The notes under the pieces are model-generated. The model made no database searches. It was not told the DNA's origin and saw only the letters and a list, made by a program, of their open reading frames with translations. Source: Bacillales bacterium (GTDB lineage Bacteria > Bacillota_I > Bacilli_A > RF39 > UBA660). Taken from it: a DNA stretch of 64,000 nucleotides. Within the stretch, counting starts at the first letter, position 1, and each line of letters begins with the position of its first letter. Where the stretch lies: assembly GCA_016292035.1 (NCBI GenBank), contig JAEEZR010000044.1, positions 7,760 to 71,759 on the forward strand, written 5' to 3'. Made by a program: the position numbers and the translations under genes. Below are positions 1-9,263 of this stretch, piece by piece.

Positions 1-1143
1 ATGGAAGTAATGGAAATAAAGCTGCATGAAATAAAAATAAGAGATGTTGTTAACGGATATGTAGATAACCAGGAAGATGGTGTTGTTGGCTACGGTGGCC
101 ATCTTGACATAAGACCCCCATATCAAAGGGAGTTTATTTATGATGAGAAGGAAAGAAATGCGGTTATTGATACAATTAATAAGAACTTCCCATTAAATGT
201 TATGTACTGGGTAAAAAATGGTGATTCATATGAGTTGTTGGATGGCCAACAAAGAACATTAAGTGTGTGTCAATATGTTAATGGAGATTTTTCTTTAAAT
301 TACAGAGGCTTTAACAACTTAACTCAAGCAGAAAAAGATGCAATTCTAGATTACAAGTTAATGATTTATATTTGTGAGGGTACTGATAAAGAAAAACTGG
401 ATTGGTTTAAAATAATAAACATAGCTGGTGAAAAATTAACCGATCAAGAAATGAGAAATGCTATGTATACTGGACCCTGGTTATATGATGCTAAAAGACA
501 TTTCAGTAAAACAAATTGTGCGGCATATAATATGGCCAATAAGTATATGAGTGGTGACACATTAAGACAAGCTTATTTAGAAAGAGCGTTATATTGGATA
601 TCAAATGCACAGGGAATTGATATAGAGGATTATATGGCTAAGCATCAAAATGATCAAGATGCCGATAAGTTATGGCAATACTTTGTTAGTGTTATTAATT
701 GGGTTGAACAACTATACTTAGATACAAATAAGAATGCTATATATAAGAACAAAATGGATAATGTTCAATGGGGATTATTATATAATAAGTATCATAATAA
801 TCAATACAATAGTAACAATCTAAGATCTGAGGCAGAACAATTATTTAGCGATCCATATGTATCCGATAAAAAGGGAATATTTGAGTATGTTTTAACCAAT
901 CATCATCCTGAAGACTATAGAATGTTAAATATTAGAGTATTTGATGAAAAGACAAAACAAATCATATATAACAAACAAGGCGGAATTTGTCCTGACTGCA
1001 AAGCTCAAGGGATAGACAAGCATTATGAGATAAATGAGATGGAAGCTGATCACGTATCTGCTTGGAGTAAAGGTGGCGCTACTAATATAAAGAATTGCCA
1101 AATGCTTTGTCAACACCATAATAAGCTAAAGGGAAATAGATAA
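1..1143 (+). CDS. DUF262 (GmrSD/ParB-like) domain protein with C-terminal HNH endonuclease; candidate modification-dependent restriction nuclease
   Basis: DUF262 motifs PYQREF, LLDGQQR and FKIINIAG. C-terminal CPDC...EADHV...GG.T...NCQMLC..HN HNH signature. The ORF starts at base 1, so upstream context is unseen. Confidence 0.85.
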   Translation: MEVMEIKLHEIKIRDVVNGYVDNQEDGVVGYGGHLDIRPPYQREFIYDEKERNAVIDTINKNFPLNVMYWVKNGDSYELLDGQQRTLSVCQYVNGDFSLNYRGFNNLTQAEKDAILDYKLMIYICEGTDKEKLDWFKIINIAGEKLTDQEMRNAMYTGPWLYDAKRHFSKTNCAAYNMANKYMSGDTLRQAYLERALYWISNAQGIDIEDYMAKHQNDQDADKLWQYFVSVINWVEQLYLDTNKNAIYKNKMDNVQWGLLYNKYHNNQYNSNNLRSEAEQLFSDPYVSDKKGIFEYVLTNHHPEDYRMLNIRVFDEKTKQIIYNKQGGICPDCKAQGIDKHYEINEMEADHVSAWSKGGATNIKNCQMLCQHHNKLKGNR

Positions 1144-1145
1144 TT

Positions 1146-2078
1146 ATGAATATAGGAAAGTTAAGAGAAGTAGATATTAGAAACCTGTGGAAGAATGAAG
1201 AACGTGATTTTTCTGTTTGGCTAGCCAAAGAAGAAAACATTGAATATCTAAATGATATTTTAGGTTTAAATTTAACTGACATTAGAAGAGAAGAACATGT
1301 AGGTTCGTTTGAATGCGATATTTTTGCTAAAGATGAAACTAGTAATACTAATGTTATAATTGAGAACCAATTAGAAGCATCTAACCATGACCATTTAGGA
1401 AAAATAATCACTTATGCATCAGGCTTAAATGCTAATGTGGTAGTATGGATAGTAAAAAAAGCTAGAGAAGAGCATAGAAGTGCAATTGAATGGTTAAATA
1501 ATAATACTAATGATGATATTAATTTCTTTCTTATTGAACTTCATGCATATTGTATTGGTGATTCTGATCCTGCTCCAATGTTTGAAGTTATAGAAAAGCC
1601 TAATGAATTTATAAAAAATAATAAATATTCTAGTATTAATGGATTGGAAAAATCTTTAAATAGGGCAAGGACTGAATGCTTACAATTCTGGACTCAGTTC
1701 AATGAAATACTTGAAAGTAAGGGTAAACCATTTAATATACGAAAGGCAAGCCCTCATCATTGGTATAATGTTGCAATCGGATCTAGTAAGAGCCATATAG
1801 CAATAGAATTAGTTAATTCCGATAAATTAATAAGAATAGGGCTATATATGAAAGACGATTATACATTTTTTGATAAATTAGTCGATTATAAGGAAAACAT
1901 TGAAAAAGAATTGGAATTGAAATTAGACTGGGATAGAGAATGCTCTGGTTTAGTTAGCAGAATTAAGTATAGTTTAACCGGTCTAGATTATGATGATCAT
2001 TCTAATTATGATGAATTGATTAACAAAACTATTGATATAGCTGCGAAAATGCAGATGGTTTTTAAAAAATATTTATAA
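1146..2078 (+). CDS. DUF4268-family protein with N-terminal PD-(D/E)xK-like nuclease fold
   Basis: N-terminal LRNLW..E..DFS.WL, CDIFAKD...VIIENQL...HDHLGKIITYA pattern typical of this family. Starts 2 nt after the DUF262-HNH stop. Confidence 0.7.
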   Translation: MNIGKLREVDIRNLWKNEERDFSVWLAKEENIEYLNDILGLNLTDIRREEHVGSFECDIFAKDETSNTNVIIENQLEASNHDHLGKIITYASGLNANVVVWIVKKAREEHRSAIEWLNNNTNDDINFFLIELHAYCIGDSDPAPMFEVIEKPNEFIKNNKYSSINGLEKSLNRARTECLQFWTQFNEILESKGKPFNIRKASPHHWYNVAIGSSKSHIAIELVNSDKLIRIGLYMKDDYTFFDKLVDYKENIEKELELKLDWDRECSGLVSRIKYSLTGLDYDDHSNYDELINKTIDIAAKMQMVFKKYL

Positions 2079-2145
2079 AATATTTGTGTTAACGAGTTAA
2101 ATGTTGCTTTATTAGCAATTCGTTATTAATAATTGGGAGGTTAAT

Positions 2146-2961
2146 ATGAGTATTTCAGAACAGTTAACATATTGTACGACTAAAATTGTTTCGTATTTGC
2201 AAGATGGGAACCAATCCATTGGAACTGGCTTTTTTATGAATTTTAATGCGGATTATGAAAAGAAAACATGCCAACCTGTTGTTTTGACGAATAAACATGT
2301 TGTAGCAGGAGCGACTAAAATTCAAATATCTATTTGTAAAGCTGATGGTTATAATAATCCGTTAGATAAAGAAAAGTTTGTAATTACTATGGAAGACTAT
2401 AAAATAATAAACCATCCGGATAAAAGCGTGGATTTGTGTGCAATTGTGATTGCTGGAGTTGAGGATGTTATAAGGAACAGTAGTATAAAACTTTTCAAGG
2501 GTAGTTTTGATACTTCCTTAATAATAACAGATGCAGAAATTCTTGAATGTTCTGCAATGGAAGATGTAATTATGATAGGCTATCCAGATGGGCTTGAAGA
2601 TGCATATAATAACAAACCAATTATTAGAAAAGGAATTACTTCAACTCATATCAAAAATGATTACAATAATAAAAAAGAGTTTTTGATAGATATGGCTTGC
2701 TTCCCGGGATCAAGTGGATCACCCGTTTTCTTATGCAACGAGAATTCATACAGCAATAAAAATGGACTACATATTGGCTCTAGAGTAAGGTTGTTGGGAT
2801 TGTTATACGCTGGTCCTCAACATACAAGTGCCGGTGATATAGTATTCGATTATGTACCAACTAAGCCGAGGTCTATTATTCATATACCAAACAATTTGGG
2901 TCTTGTGATTAAGGCAAGTAGAATTATGGAATTAGAAGAAATATTTAAGGAGTTTACTTAA
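2146..2961 (+). CDS. Trypsin-like (S1/PA clan) serine protease, no signal peptide
   Basis: Catalytic triad motifs TNKHVV (His), VDLC (Asp), FPGSSGSP (Ser). RBS GGGAGG upstream. Confidence 0.85.
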   Translation: MSISEQLTYCTTKIVSYLQDGNQSIGTGFFMNFNADYEKKTCQPVVLTNKHVVAGATKIQISICKADGYNNPLDKEKFVITMEDYKIINHPDKSVDLCAIVIAGVEDVIRNSSIKLFKGSFDTSLIITDAEILECSAMEDVIMIGYPDGLEDAYNNKPIIRKGITSTHIKNDYNNKKEFLIDMACFPGSSGSPVFLCNENSYSNKNGLHIGSRVRLLGLLYAGPQHTSAGDIVFDYVPTKPRSIIHIPNNLGLVIKASRIMELEEIFKEFT

Positions 2962-2970
2962 CTTATATAT

Positions 2971-2999
2971 TTGACACTCAACTGTTTAAGTGATATTAT
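2971..2999 (+). promoter_or_regulatory. sigma-A promoter for the SAM riboswitch/metK
   Basis: TTGACA (2971-2976), 17 bp spacer, TATTAT (2994-2999), just upstream of the riboswitch P1. Confidence 0.75.
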
Positions 3000-3007
3000 T
3001 TAAATAC

Positions 3008-3127
3008 ATCTTATAAAGAGTGATGGAGGGACTAGCCCGATGAAGTCACACCAACCTATTAAGTTAGGTGGTAATGCTAGATCTATAAGATAACTTTTAT
3101 ACTCAAGGTTATCTTGAGTATTTTTTT
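3008..3127 (+). ncRNA. SAM-I (S-box) riboswitch lacking P4, with terminator/antiterminator platform
   Basis: P1 ATCTTATA(3008-3015)/TATAAGAT(3084-3091). Conserved AAGAG..GGAGGGACTAGCCCGATGAA core. P3 ACCAACC/GGTGGT. Pseudoknot CTAG/CTAG. Terminator ATACTCAAG-GTTAT-CTTGAGTAT plus T-tract (3099-3127). Antiterminator AAGATAAC/GTTATCTT. Lies upstream of metK. Confidence 0.93.
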
Positions 3128-3155
3128 GTTTATAAGATGTAGAAAGGAGGTAATT

Positions 3156-3938
3156 ATGATAGAAAAAGTTAATCCTTCTCATCCAGATAAACTTGCTGAT
3201 AGAATAGCTGGTGCTTTAGTTGATTTAGGTTATAAGAAGAGTAATAATCCTAAAGTAGCAGTAGAAGTTTTACTAGGACACGGCTATTGTCATATTATCA
3301 TAGAGACTAGTGAAGAATATAGTTTTGAAGAAGTAGATAGCATAGTTAAAAGAATAGCTGGTAATTTAAAACTAGATTTATTAGTTGTTAAGCAAGACGT
3401 TCATCTTGATGATAACCAAAATGGAAGTATTAGATGCGGGGATAATGGTATTTTTAAAGGAGTACCACTAAAAGATGAAGAGAAGAAGTTATCTAAGATA
3501 GCTAGGGCTATTTACGCCAAGTATCCTACTGATGGTAAATATATATTAGATGGAGAAAAGTTAGTAATATGCCAGAGTAATGCTCCTAGAGAAGAGCTAG
3601 AAAAAGACTATCCAGGAGCCATTATTAATCCACTAGGAGACTGGACTGGTGGAAGTGATGTAGATAGCGGTGCTACTAACAGGAAACTAGGCAGTGACAT
3701 GGCTTCTTCTGTTACTGGTGGAGGACTTCATGGAAAAGATTTATCTAAAGCAGATGTTAGTATTAATATATATGCATTTTTAAAAGCACAGGAAACTAAT
3801 AAAGAAGTTAAAATATCATGCGCTATAGGAGACGAAACAGTAGATGGAAAACCATATAGTGAAATAGTTGATATAGCTAGAAGCTATATTAACAATATTG
3901 GTGGCTTTGAAGAATTTGCTAAATGGGGATTATATTAA
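3156..3938 (+). CDS. metK: Compact S-adenosylmethionine synthetase (260 aa)
   Basis: EKVNPSHPDK, GDNG, DSGATNRK and GGGLHGKDLSKAD match MetK catalytic motifs. Start moved to ATG 3156 after AAGGAGG. Preceded by a SAM-I riboswitch. Confidence 0.85.
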   Translation: MIEKVNPSHPDKLADRIAGALVDLGYKKSNNPKVAVEVLLGHGYCHIIIETSEEYSFEEVDSIVKRIAGNLKLDLLVVKQDVHLDDNQNGSIRCGDNGIFKGVPLKDEEKKLSKIARAIYAKYPTDGKYILDGEKLVICQSNAPREELEKDYPGAIINPLGDWTGGSDVDSGATNRKLGSDMASSVTGGGLHGKDLSKADVSINIYAFLKAQETNKEVKISCAIGDETVDGKPYSEIVDIARSYINNIGGFEEFAKWGLY

Positions 3939-4022
3939 TATTATGCTTTTGAATTCTGCGGTAATTAATTGTTTAAAAAATAGATAATAAGTGTTATAAT
4001 AACACAAAAAAGAGGGGATTTT

Positions 4023-5510
4023 ATGTACGAAGAGGATTTAAAAGCAGATATTTCTTCCGTAGTTGACTTCATTAATATTAAAAGCTTGCCTGAGATGATT
4101 AGCGTTTTTTTGCATGACAATGGCTGTAAGAAATATAGCAATTTAAGGAAATTTTATTCAGGCATGCTTGATTCTTTTGGAGAAGATATTAAGAATTCAT
4201 ATTTGAATAGAATTCTTAAATATTTATCAAGTGATAAACCGTCAGATATTGCATTAATAGATGGTATTAATAATGGTGTTTATGATAAAGAACTTCTTGA
4301 TTTTACTAATAAATTAGTAAAAGAAATCAACAAGATAGAAAATTATGAATCCTTGTATGAACTATTAAATAAAAAAATTAATTTTGTATTTTTTAGTTCG
4401 GATGATGAGTTTATTGCTGTGAAAGATTATCATAATAATAAGGACTATGTTAGTTTTGTTTTTAATTTATTTAAGCATTCGTTTAGGACATATCAAAAAT
4501 CTTTACCAGCCATTATGGGTAGAAGTTTATATACTCAGTCTCGAACGATGTATAGCGGTTTATCTGGACATATTAGATTTTTAAATGCTAGCTCATCTAT
4601 TGGAAATGATGATGCTACTTTAGAGCTATATAGTATCTTATTCTATAAAGATCATGATACTGCTGTTAGAATTATAACTAGGTCAAAAGATAATGAAGCT
4701 GTATTATGGTCAGTGGCTTTTAATTTGGAGAACAATTTTTTAAATGAAGAAACTGTTCAGATAGTAAAAAACAGGTTTAACTATATATATAATATGAAGG
4801 ATGAATTTATTGATAAAATAACAGTTACTGATAAAGCCAAAAAAACTTTAAATGAGGAATCTTTATTATTCGCTTATAGAATGTATTATTACTGCTACAA
4901 TGAATATCATTTTACTAAATCTGGAAATAGTTTGGGTAAATTACTTATTTTTGGGGCAGTTAGTTATGATAACGATAAAGAGAAGAGTATTGCACTTGGA
5001 AAAGATTTTTTAAAAAAAGAAATCAAATTAGGAAACATTAATGCCATTACTAATTTGGCAGTCTTCTTATATGATAATCCAAGTGATAAAGACTATGATT
5101 ATAAAAAGATAAAGAAATGGTTTGAAATATCGGCGTCTTTTGGTGATATGGAAGGTAATTATTATTATGGAAGAATGCTTTATGATGAAGGTAAATATGA
5201 TAGATCATTTAAATATTTATTATATGCAAGTGAACGTAAGTGCCCTGAGGCTATGGAATTATTAGGTGAATATTATGAACTAAAAGATGATGTTGATAAT
5301 GCTATTAAATATTATAAAATGGCTATTATGAATAAATACTATGATGCGGCATATAAGGTTGCTCTACTATACTTTAATTTAAAAAATATTCAAACTGAAT
5401 CTTGTGAAGTCTTGGAGGAAATGGGAATCGATTATTTAAAAAAATATTATAATCTATTTAGTGATTGCGTAAAACAAAAAGCTGAATTATTGATTGAAAA
5501 AAAATTCTAG
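4023..5510 (+). CDS. Hypothetical protein with C-terminal Sel1/TPR-like repeats
   Basis: Repeated A...LG.Y......A..YY..A and GNYYYGRMLY helical motifs in the last ~170 aa. Confidence 0.65.
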   Translation: MYEEDLKADISSVVDFINIKSLPEMISVFLHDNGCKKYSNLRKFYSGMLDSFGEDIKNSYLNRILKYLSSDKPSDIALIDGINNGVYDKELLDFTNKLVKEINKIENYESLYELLNKKINFVFFSSDDEFIAVKDYHNNKDYVSFVFNLFKHSFRTYQKSLPAIMGRSLYTQSRTMYSGLSGHIRFLNASSSIGNDDATLELYSILFYKDHDTAVRIITRSKDNEAVLWSVAFNLENNFLNEETVQIVKNRFNYIYNMKDEFIDKITVTDKAKKTLNEESLLFAYRMYYYCYNEYHFTKSGNSLGKLLIFGAVSYDNDKEKSIALGKDFLKKEIKLGNINAITNLAVFLYDNPSDKDYDYKKIKKWFEISASFGDMEGNYYYGRMLYDEGKYDRSFKYLLYASERKCPEAMELLGEYYELKDDVDNAIKYYKMAIMNKYYDAAYKVALLYFNLKNIQTESCEVLEEMGIDYLKKYYNLFSDCVKQKAELLIEKKF

Positions 5511-5536
5511 GAATTTTTTAAAAATTCCTAGTTTTT
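5507..5536 (+). terminator. Intrinsic terminator
   Basis: CTAGGAATTTT-TTA-AAAATTCCTAG followed by TTTTT. Confidence 0.8.
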
Positions 5537-5595
5537 ATTTTACTATTTTTTTTATTTTTCATATTTTAATATATTTACAGAAAGGAGAGATATTA

Positions 5596-6780
5596 ATGGA
5601 TAATGTATTGATATATTATAACAATGATAGCTTGCTATATATTATAGAGGATTTAAAAAAGTTATATGGACTGCGTTGTTTTGAAATATTAAGATGTGGT
5701 GAAAGAGCAAGCCAAGAAATGTATGATTCTATTCCTATATTAAGTGATTATAGAAACGTTGCAAAAAATAAATATAGCTACGCATTTGTTATTAGTGAAG
5801 CACCTTTTGTAAATAAGATGGTGTATGAACTTCATTTGCTTGGAGTTAAAACTGTATATATTTTAAATGCTGAATACTTGCCAGTATTAAATAATGATGA
5901 GACGATTAATAAAATAATTACTAAATTTGATTTGTCTAGTAAACCACTTGTTGGTTATGTAGAAACTCATGTTTATAATCAATGTAATCTTAATTGCAAG
6001 GGTTGTACTCATTTTTCTAATATTGATAACAGCAAGGCAATCAGCTTAATGGATTTTGAAAAAAATATGTTTTTGCTTAGTAAGTTTTATAATGTTAATA
6101 CTTTGAGACTTATGGGTGGTGAACCTTTACTTAATAGAGATTTGGATAAATATATATTGATTGCTAGGAAGTACTTCCCATTTTCTAATATTGATATTGC
6201 AACTAATGGTCTTTTAATAACTAGATTACCTGAAGAAACTATTAAAGTTATTACAGAAAATAATATTGCTTTAAAAGTTTCACTTTATTTACCTGTTGAT
6301 AAGATTAAAGATAAGCTAGAGGCATTTTTTAGTAAACATGGTATAAGACATATATATGGAAACGGCTGCAAGCAAGTTGATGATAATGTTTTAATCAGAA
6401 GGTTTCATAAATGTTTAACATTGGAAAAACAATTTAATGCTAAGTATAACTGTGAAAATTGTTTCGCTAGGGAATGCTGGTTTCTAAAGAATGGGCTAAT
6501 AGCTAAATGTGTAACACCGCTTCAAATAGAAATATTAAATAGGAAATTTGGCACTTGTTTTGAGGTCACTGATAAAGACTTTATAAATCTTGAAACAATG
6601 TCTGAGTCTTCTTGGAATGATATTAATAAGTTATTATCCGAAAATGATTTTTGCAAATATTGTACTCCCGTGAAAGAAGAGTATGAGTGGGAGATTAAAA
6701 GTAGTAATCAAGAATTAGAAGATTACATAGTAGGAGGAAGAAAATATGAAAAAGATAAGCGTAATCGTACCGGTTTATAA
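5596..6780 (+). CDS. Radical SAM protein of unknown reaction, with extra C-terminal cysteines (possible auxiliary Fe-S cluster)
   Basis: CNLNCKGC (CxxxCxxC), LMGGEPLL, IATNGLL. Downstream CENC...C...KC...FCKYC. Start moved to ATG 5596 after AAGGAG. Confidence 0.9.
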   Translation: MDNVLIYYNNDSLLYIIEDLKKLYGLRCFEILRCGERASQEMYDSIPILSDYRNVAKNKYSYAFVISEAPFVNKMVYELHLLGVKTVYILNAEYLPVLNNDETINKIITKFDLSSKPLVGYVETHVYNQCNLNCKGCTHFSNIDNSKAISLMDFEKNMFLLSKFYNVNTLRLMGGEPLLNRDLDKYILIARKYFPFSNIDIATNGLLITRLPEETIKVITENNIALKVSLYLPVDKIKDKLEAFFSKHGIRHIYGNGCKQVDDNVLIRRFHKCLTLEKQFNAKYNCENCFARECWFLKNGLIAKCVTPLQIEILNRKFGTCFEVTDKDFINLETMSESSWNDINKLLSENDFCKYCTPVKEEYEWEIKSSNQELEDYIVGGRKYEKDKRNRTGL

Positions 6781-7714
6781 TACCGAAGAATATATTGAGA
6801 AATGCATAAGAAGTATTATGAATCAAACTTATAAAAATATGGAAATAATAATTGTCAATGATGGATGCACAGATAACAGTATTAAAGTGGTTGAAGAATT
6901 AAAAAAAAGTGATGATAGAATTATCATAGTTAATCAGGAAAATCAAGGAGTGTCTGCTGCTAGAAACGCCGGCTTAGAAAAAGCTTCGGGAGAATATGTG
7001 GCATTTGTTGATAGTGATGATTATTTAGATGAGAAGATGTATGAAAAATTAGTGAATTATATGGAAGATAATGATGCTGATTTAGTATCTGCAAGAGCTT
7101 TTATTGTTGAAAGAAATAGTATGCCAGGTGAAAATGATTATAACAATTATGTTGATTTGTTTACTTCTAAGAAGCAGGTTTTAAAGGCATATGCTGATGC
7201 TTTTTTAACAATAGCAGTATGGGATAAATTGTTTACTAGAAAAGTAATTGGCAATACTAGATTTGATTCTACTGTTTTTTGTGAAGATGCTAAATTTGTA
7301 TTAGATGTATGTGAAAATGCTAGGAGAATATTATGTACTTCTGAAAGACTATATTATCATTTAAAAAGAACTGGCAATTCATTAACAAACACTTCATTTA
7401 ATAAGTTTTATATGACTCTTTATACTTATATGAAAGATGAAAGAGATAAAATGATTAGAAAAAATAGTGAATATGAGGAATATGCTAAAAAAATATACTT
7501 CAACACACTACATCATCTAATAAAGGTGTATAAGAGAGACTGGGATCACAAAAAGCTGGATGATTATCATATTGAGGAAATTGATTTGCTACTTGGAGAA
7601 ATGAATGCATTCTTGATAGATAATGAGAGGTTTATTGATTCAAAATCATATATAAATGCCAAAGATATAGTTGAGTTATTAACATTTAGACTTAATGGTG
7701 TAAGGGGGAAATAG
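6746..7714 (+). CDS. Glycosyltransferase family 2
   Basis: ISVIVPVYN, IIIVNDGCTD, GVSAARNAGL, AFVDSDD (DxD). Overlaps the radical SAM stop. Confidence 0.92.
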   Translation: MKKISVIVPVYNTEEYIEKCIRSIMNQTYKNMEIIIVNDGCTDNSIKVVEELKKSDDRIIIVNQENQGVSAARNAGLEKASGEYVAFVDSDDYLDEKMYEKLVNYMEDNDADLVSARAFIVERNSMPGENDYNNYVDLFTSKKQVLKAYADAFLTIAVWDKLFTRKVIGNTRFDSTVFCEDAKFVLDVCENARRILCTSERLYYHLKRTGNSLTNTSFNKFYMTLYTYMKDERDKMIRKNSEYEEYAKKIYFNTLHHLIKVYKRDWDHKKLDDYHIEEIDLLLGEMNAFLIDNERFIDSKSYINAKDIVELLTFRLNGVRGK

Positions 7715-7716
7715 TT

Positions 7717-9261
7717 ATGATAATTGGTATAACAGGTAAAAGTGGATCTGGTAAGTCTACTGCAAGTAGCTACATTAATGCTAATCTTGAGAATGTGCTT
7801 TATATTTCAGTAGACAATATTGTAGAAGAGAATATAAAAGGTAATATAATCGAGAAGGTTAATAGAGAATTAAAAGAAAAATACAATATGGGTCCATATG
7901 GAAGAGTAGAAATTATTGATTCGTTTTATGCTGAGGATGATGAGCATAAATTCGTTTATGAAATTTTTAAGAAAAGATTAGTTGAAGATACTAGGGAGAG
8001 AATAAATTATTATAAAAAAACAGGCAAGGATATAATCGTGGATTGGTTTATGCTTGAAGTATCTGAACTTTTTGATGACTGCGATATAAAAATACTTTTT
8101 AAGGCTCCAATGGATGTAAGGAGAGTTAGAGTAATAAACAGAGGAAATTTTAAAGCTGGCTGTTTTGAAAAAAATGAAAAATCTCATGACGAGAAGAACG
8201 AAGGACTATATGATTATGTTTTAGATTCAACTACTGACTGGAAACCGACCATTAATAAGATTTTCAATATAGCTAATCCTAGTGATATAGTTTTAGGTCA
8301 GCGTGATACTATATCTGTTATAATTCCTGCTTATAACTGTGAAAAGTATATTAAGAGTTGTCTTGAAAGCTTAAAGCATCAAACTTATAGAAATTTGGAA
8401 ATAATTGTTGTTAATGATGGTTCAACTGATAATACTCTTAAAATATGTGAAGAAATGCAATACGATGATTATAGAATAAAGATTATTAATCAGGAGAACA
8501 AAGGTGTATCTGCTGCACGAAATAGAGGTCTAGAAGAAGTAACAGGTAAGTATATATCTTTTGTTGACGCTGATGATGTTTTAGAACCAGATATGTATGA
8601 AATAATGTATAAAGATATGTATTTAAATACAGCTGATGTTGTTAGAGTGGGTGCTTATGTTCACGATAGAAGCGGAAATATAAGGCATATATATAACGAT
8701 AATACGGTTTTAGTTATAGAAGATAAAGGTGATATTATACATAAATTTTCTAAAGGTGAGCTATCAATAGCTGTGTGGGATAAATTGTTTACAAAAAGAA
8801 TAATTGGCGACACTAGATTTAGAGAAAATGTATATCAGGAAGACACAATGTTTGTATGGGATATTTTAAAAAAATCTAATAAAGTAGTTTGTGATAAAAG
8901 ACAATTATATCACTATATAAAGAAAAGTGATGGCTCATTAACAAACAAAATATTTGATGAATGGAATTTTGAATTAGAAAAATATGCTGAAGATTTCTAT
9001 GATTATATTGTTAATAATTATCCTGACAATAAAGAAGATGCAGAGCTATTTTACTTTAATAGTTTATACTTTATTCTAAAAAGATACATGAGAGATTTAA
9101 TGTTTGTAAAAGATAATATGAACTATAAAGACAGAATAAACGTAATAATGAAGAAAGTTGAAGAAATGTTACCTTTAATGATAGAAAACAATAGTGTTTC
9201 TGAGAAAAACATAAATAATATCAGTGATATTAAAAGTAAATTACTTCAACTATGGAGATAA
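7717..9261 (+). CDS. Fusion: N-terminal P-loop kinase (dephospho-CoA/nucleotide-kinase-like) plus C-terminal GT2
   Basis: GITGKSGSGKST Walker A, IIVDW, and a lid-like R..R..NR in the first ~185 aa. Then ISVIIPAYN...VNDGSTD...FVDADD GT2 domain in the same frame. Confidence 0.85.
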   Translation: MIIGITGKSGSGKSTASSYINANLENVLYISVDNIVEENIKGNIIEKVNRELKEKYNMGPYGRVEIIDSFYAEDDEHKFVYEIFKKRLVEDTRERINYYKKTGKDIIVDWFMLEVSELFDDCDIKILFKAPMDVRRVRVINRGNFKAGCFEKNEKSHDEKNEGLYDYVLDSTTDWKPTINKIFNIANPSDIVLGQRDTISVIIPAYNCEKYIKSCLESLKHQTYRNLEIIVVNDGSTDNTLKICEEMQYDDYRIKIINQENKGVSAARNRGLEEVTGKYISFVDADDVLEPDMYEIMYKDMYLNTADVVRVGAYVHDRSGNIRHIYNDNTVLVIEDKGDIIHKFSKGELSIAVWDKLFTKRIIGDTRFRENVYQEDTMFVWDILKKSNKVVCDKRQLYHYIKKSDGSLTNKIFDEWNFELEKYAEDFYDYIVNNYPDNKEDAELFYFNSLYFILKRYMRDLMFVKDNMNYKDRINVIMKKVEEMLPLMIENNSVSEKNINNISDIKSKLLQLWR

Positions 9262-9263
9262 TT

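Noticed and set aside
2085-2130. TAAC...GTTA hairpin after the DUF4268 gene as an integron attC site
   Set aside because: It is too short, does not match RYYYAAC/GTTRRRY, and no integrase is present.
5596-6780. Radical SAM plus kinase as a prokaryotic viperin system
   Set aside because: The sequence around CxxxCxxC (ETHVYNQCNLNCKGCTHFS) does not resemble the viperin CNYxCxFCFH context, and the neighbours are glycosyltransferases.
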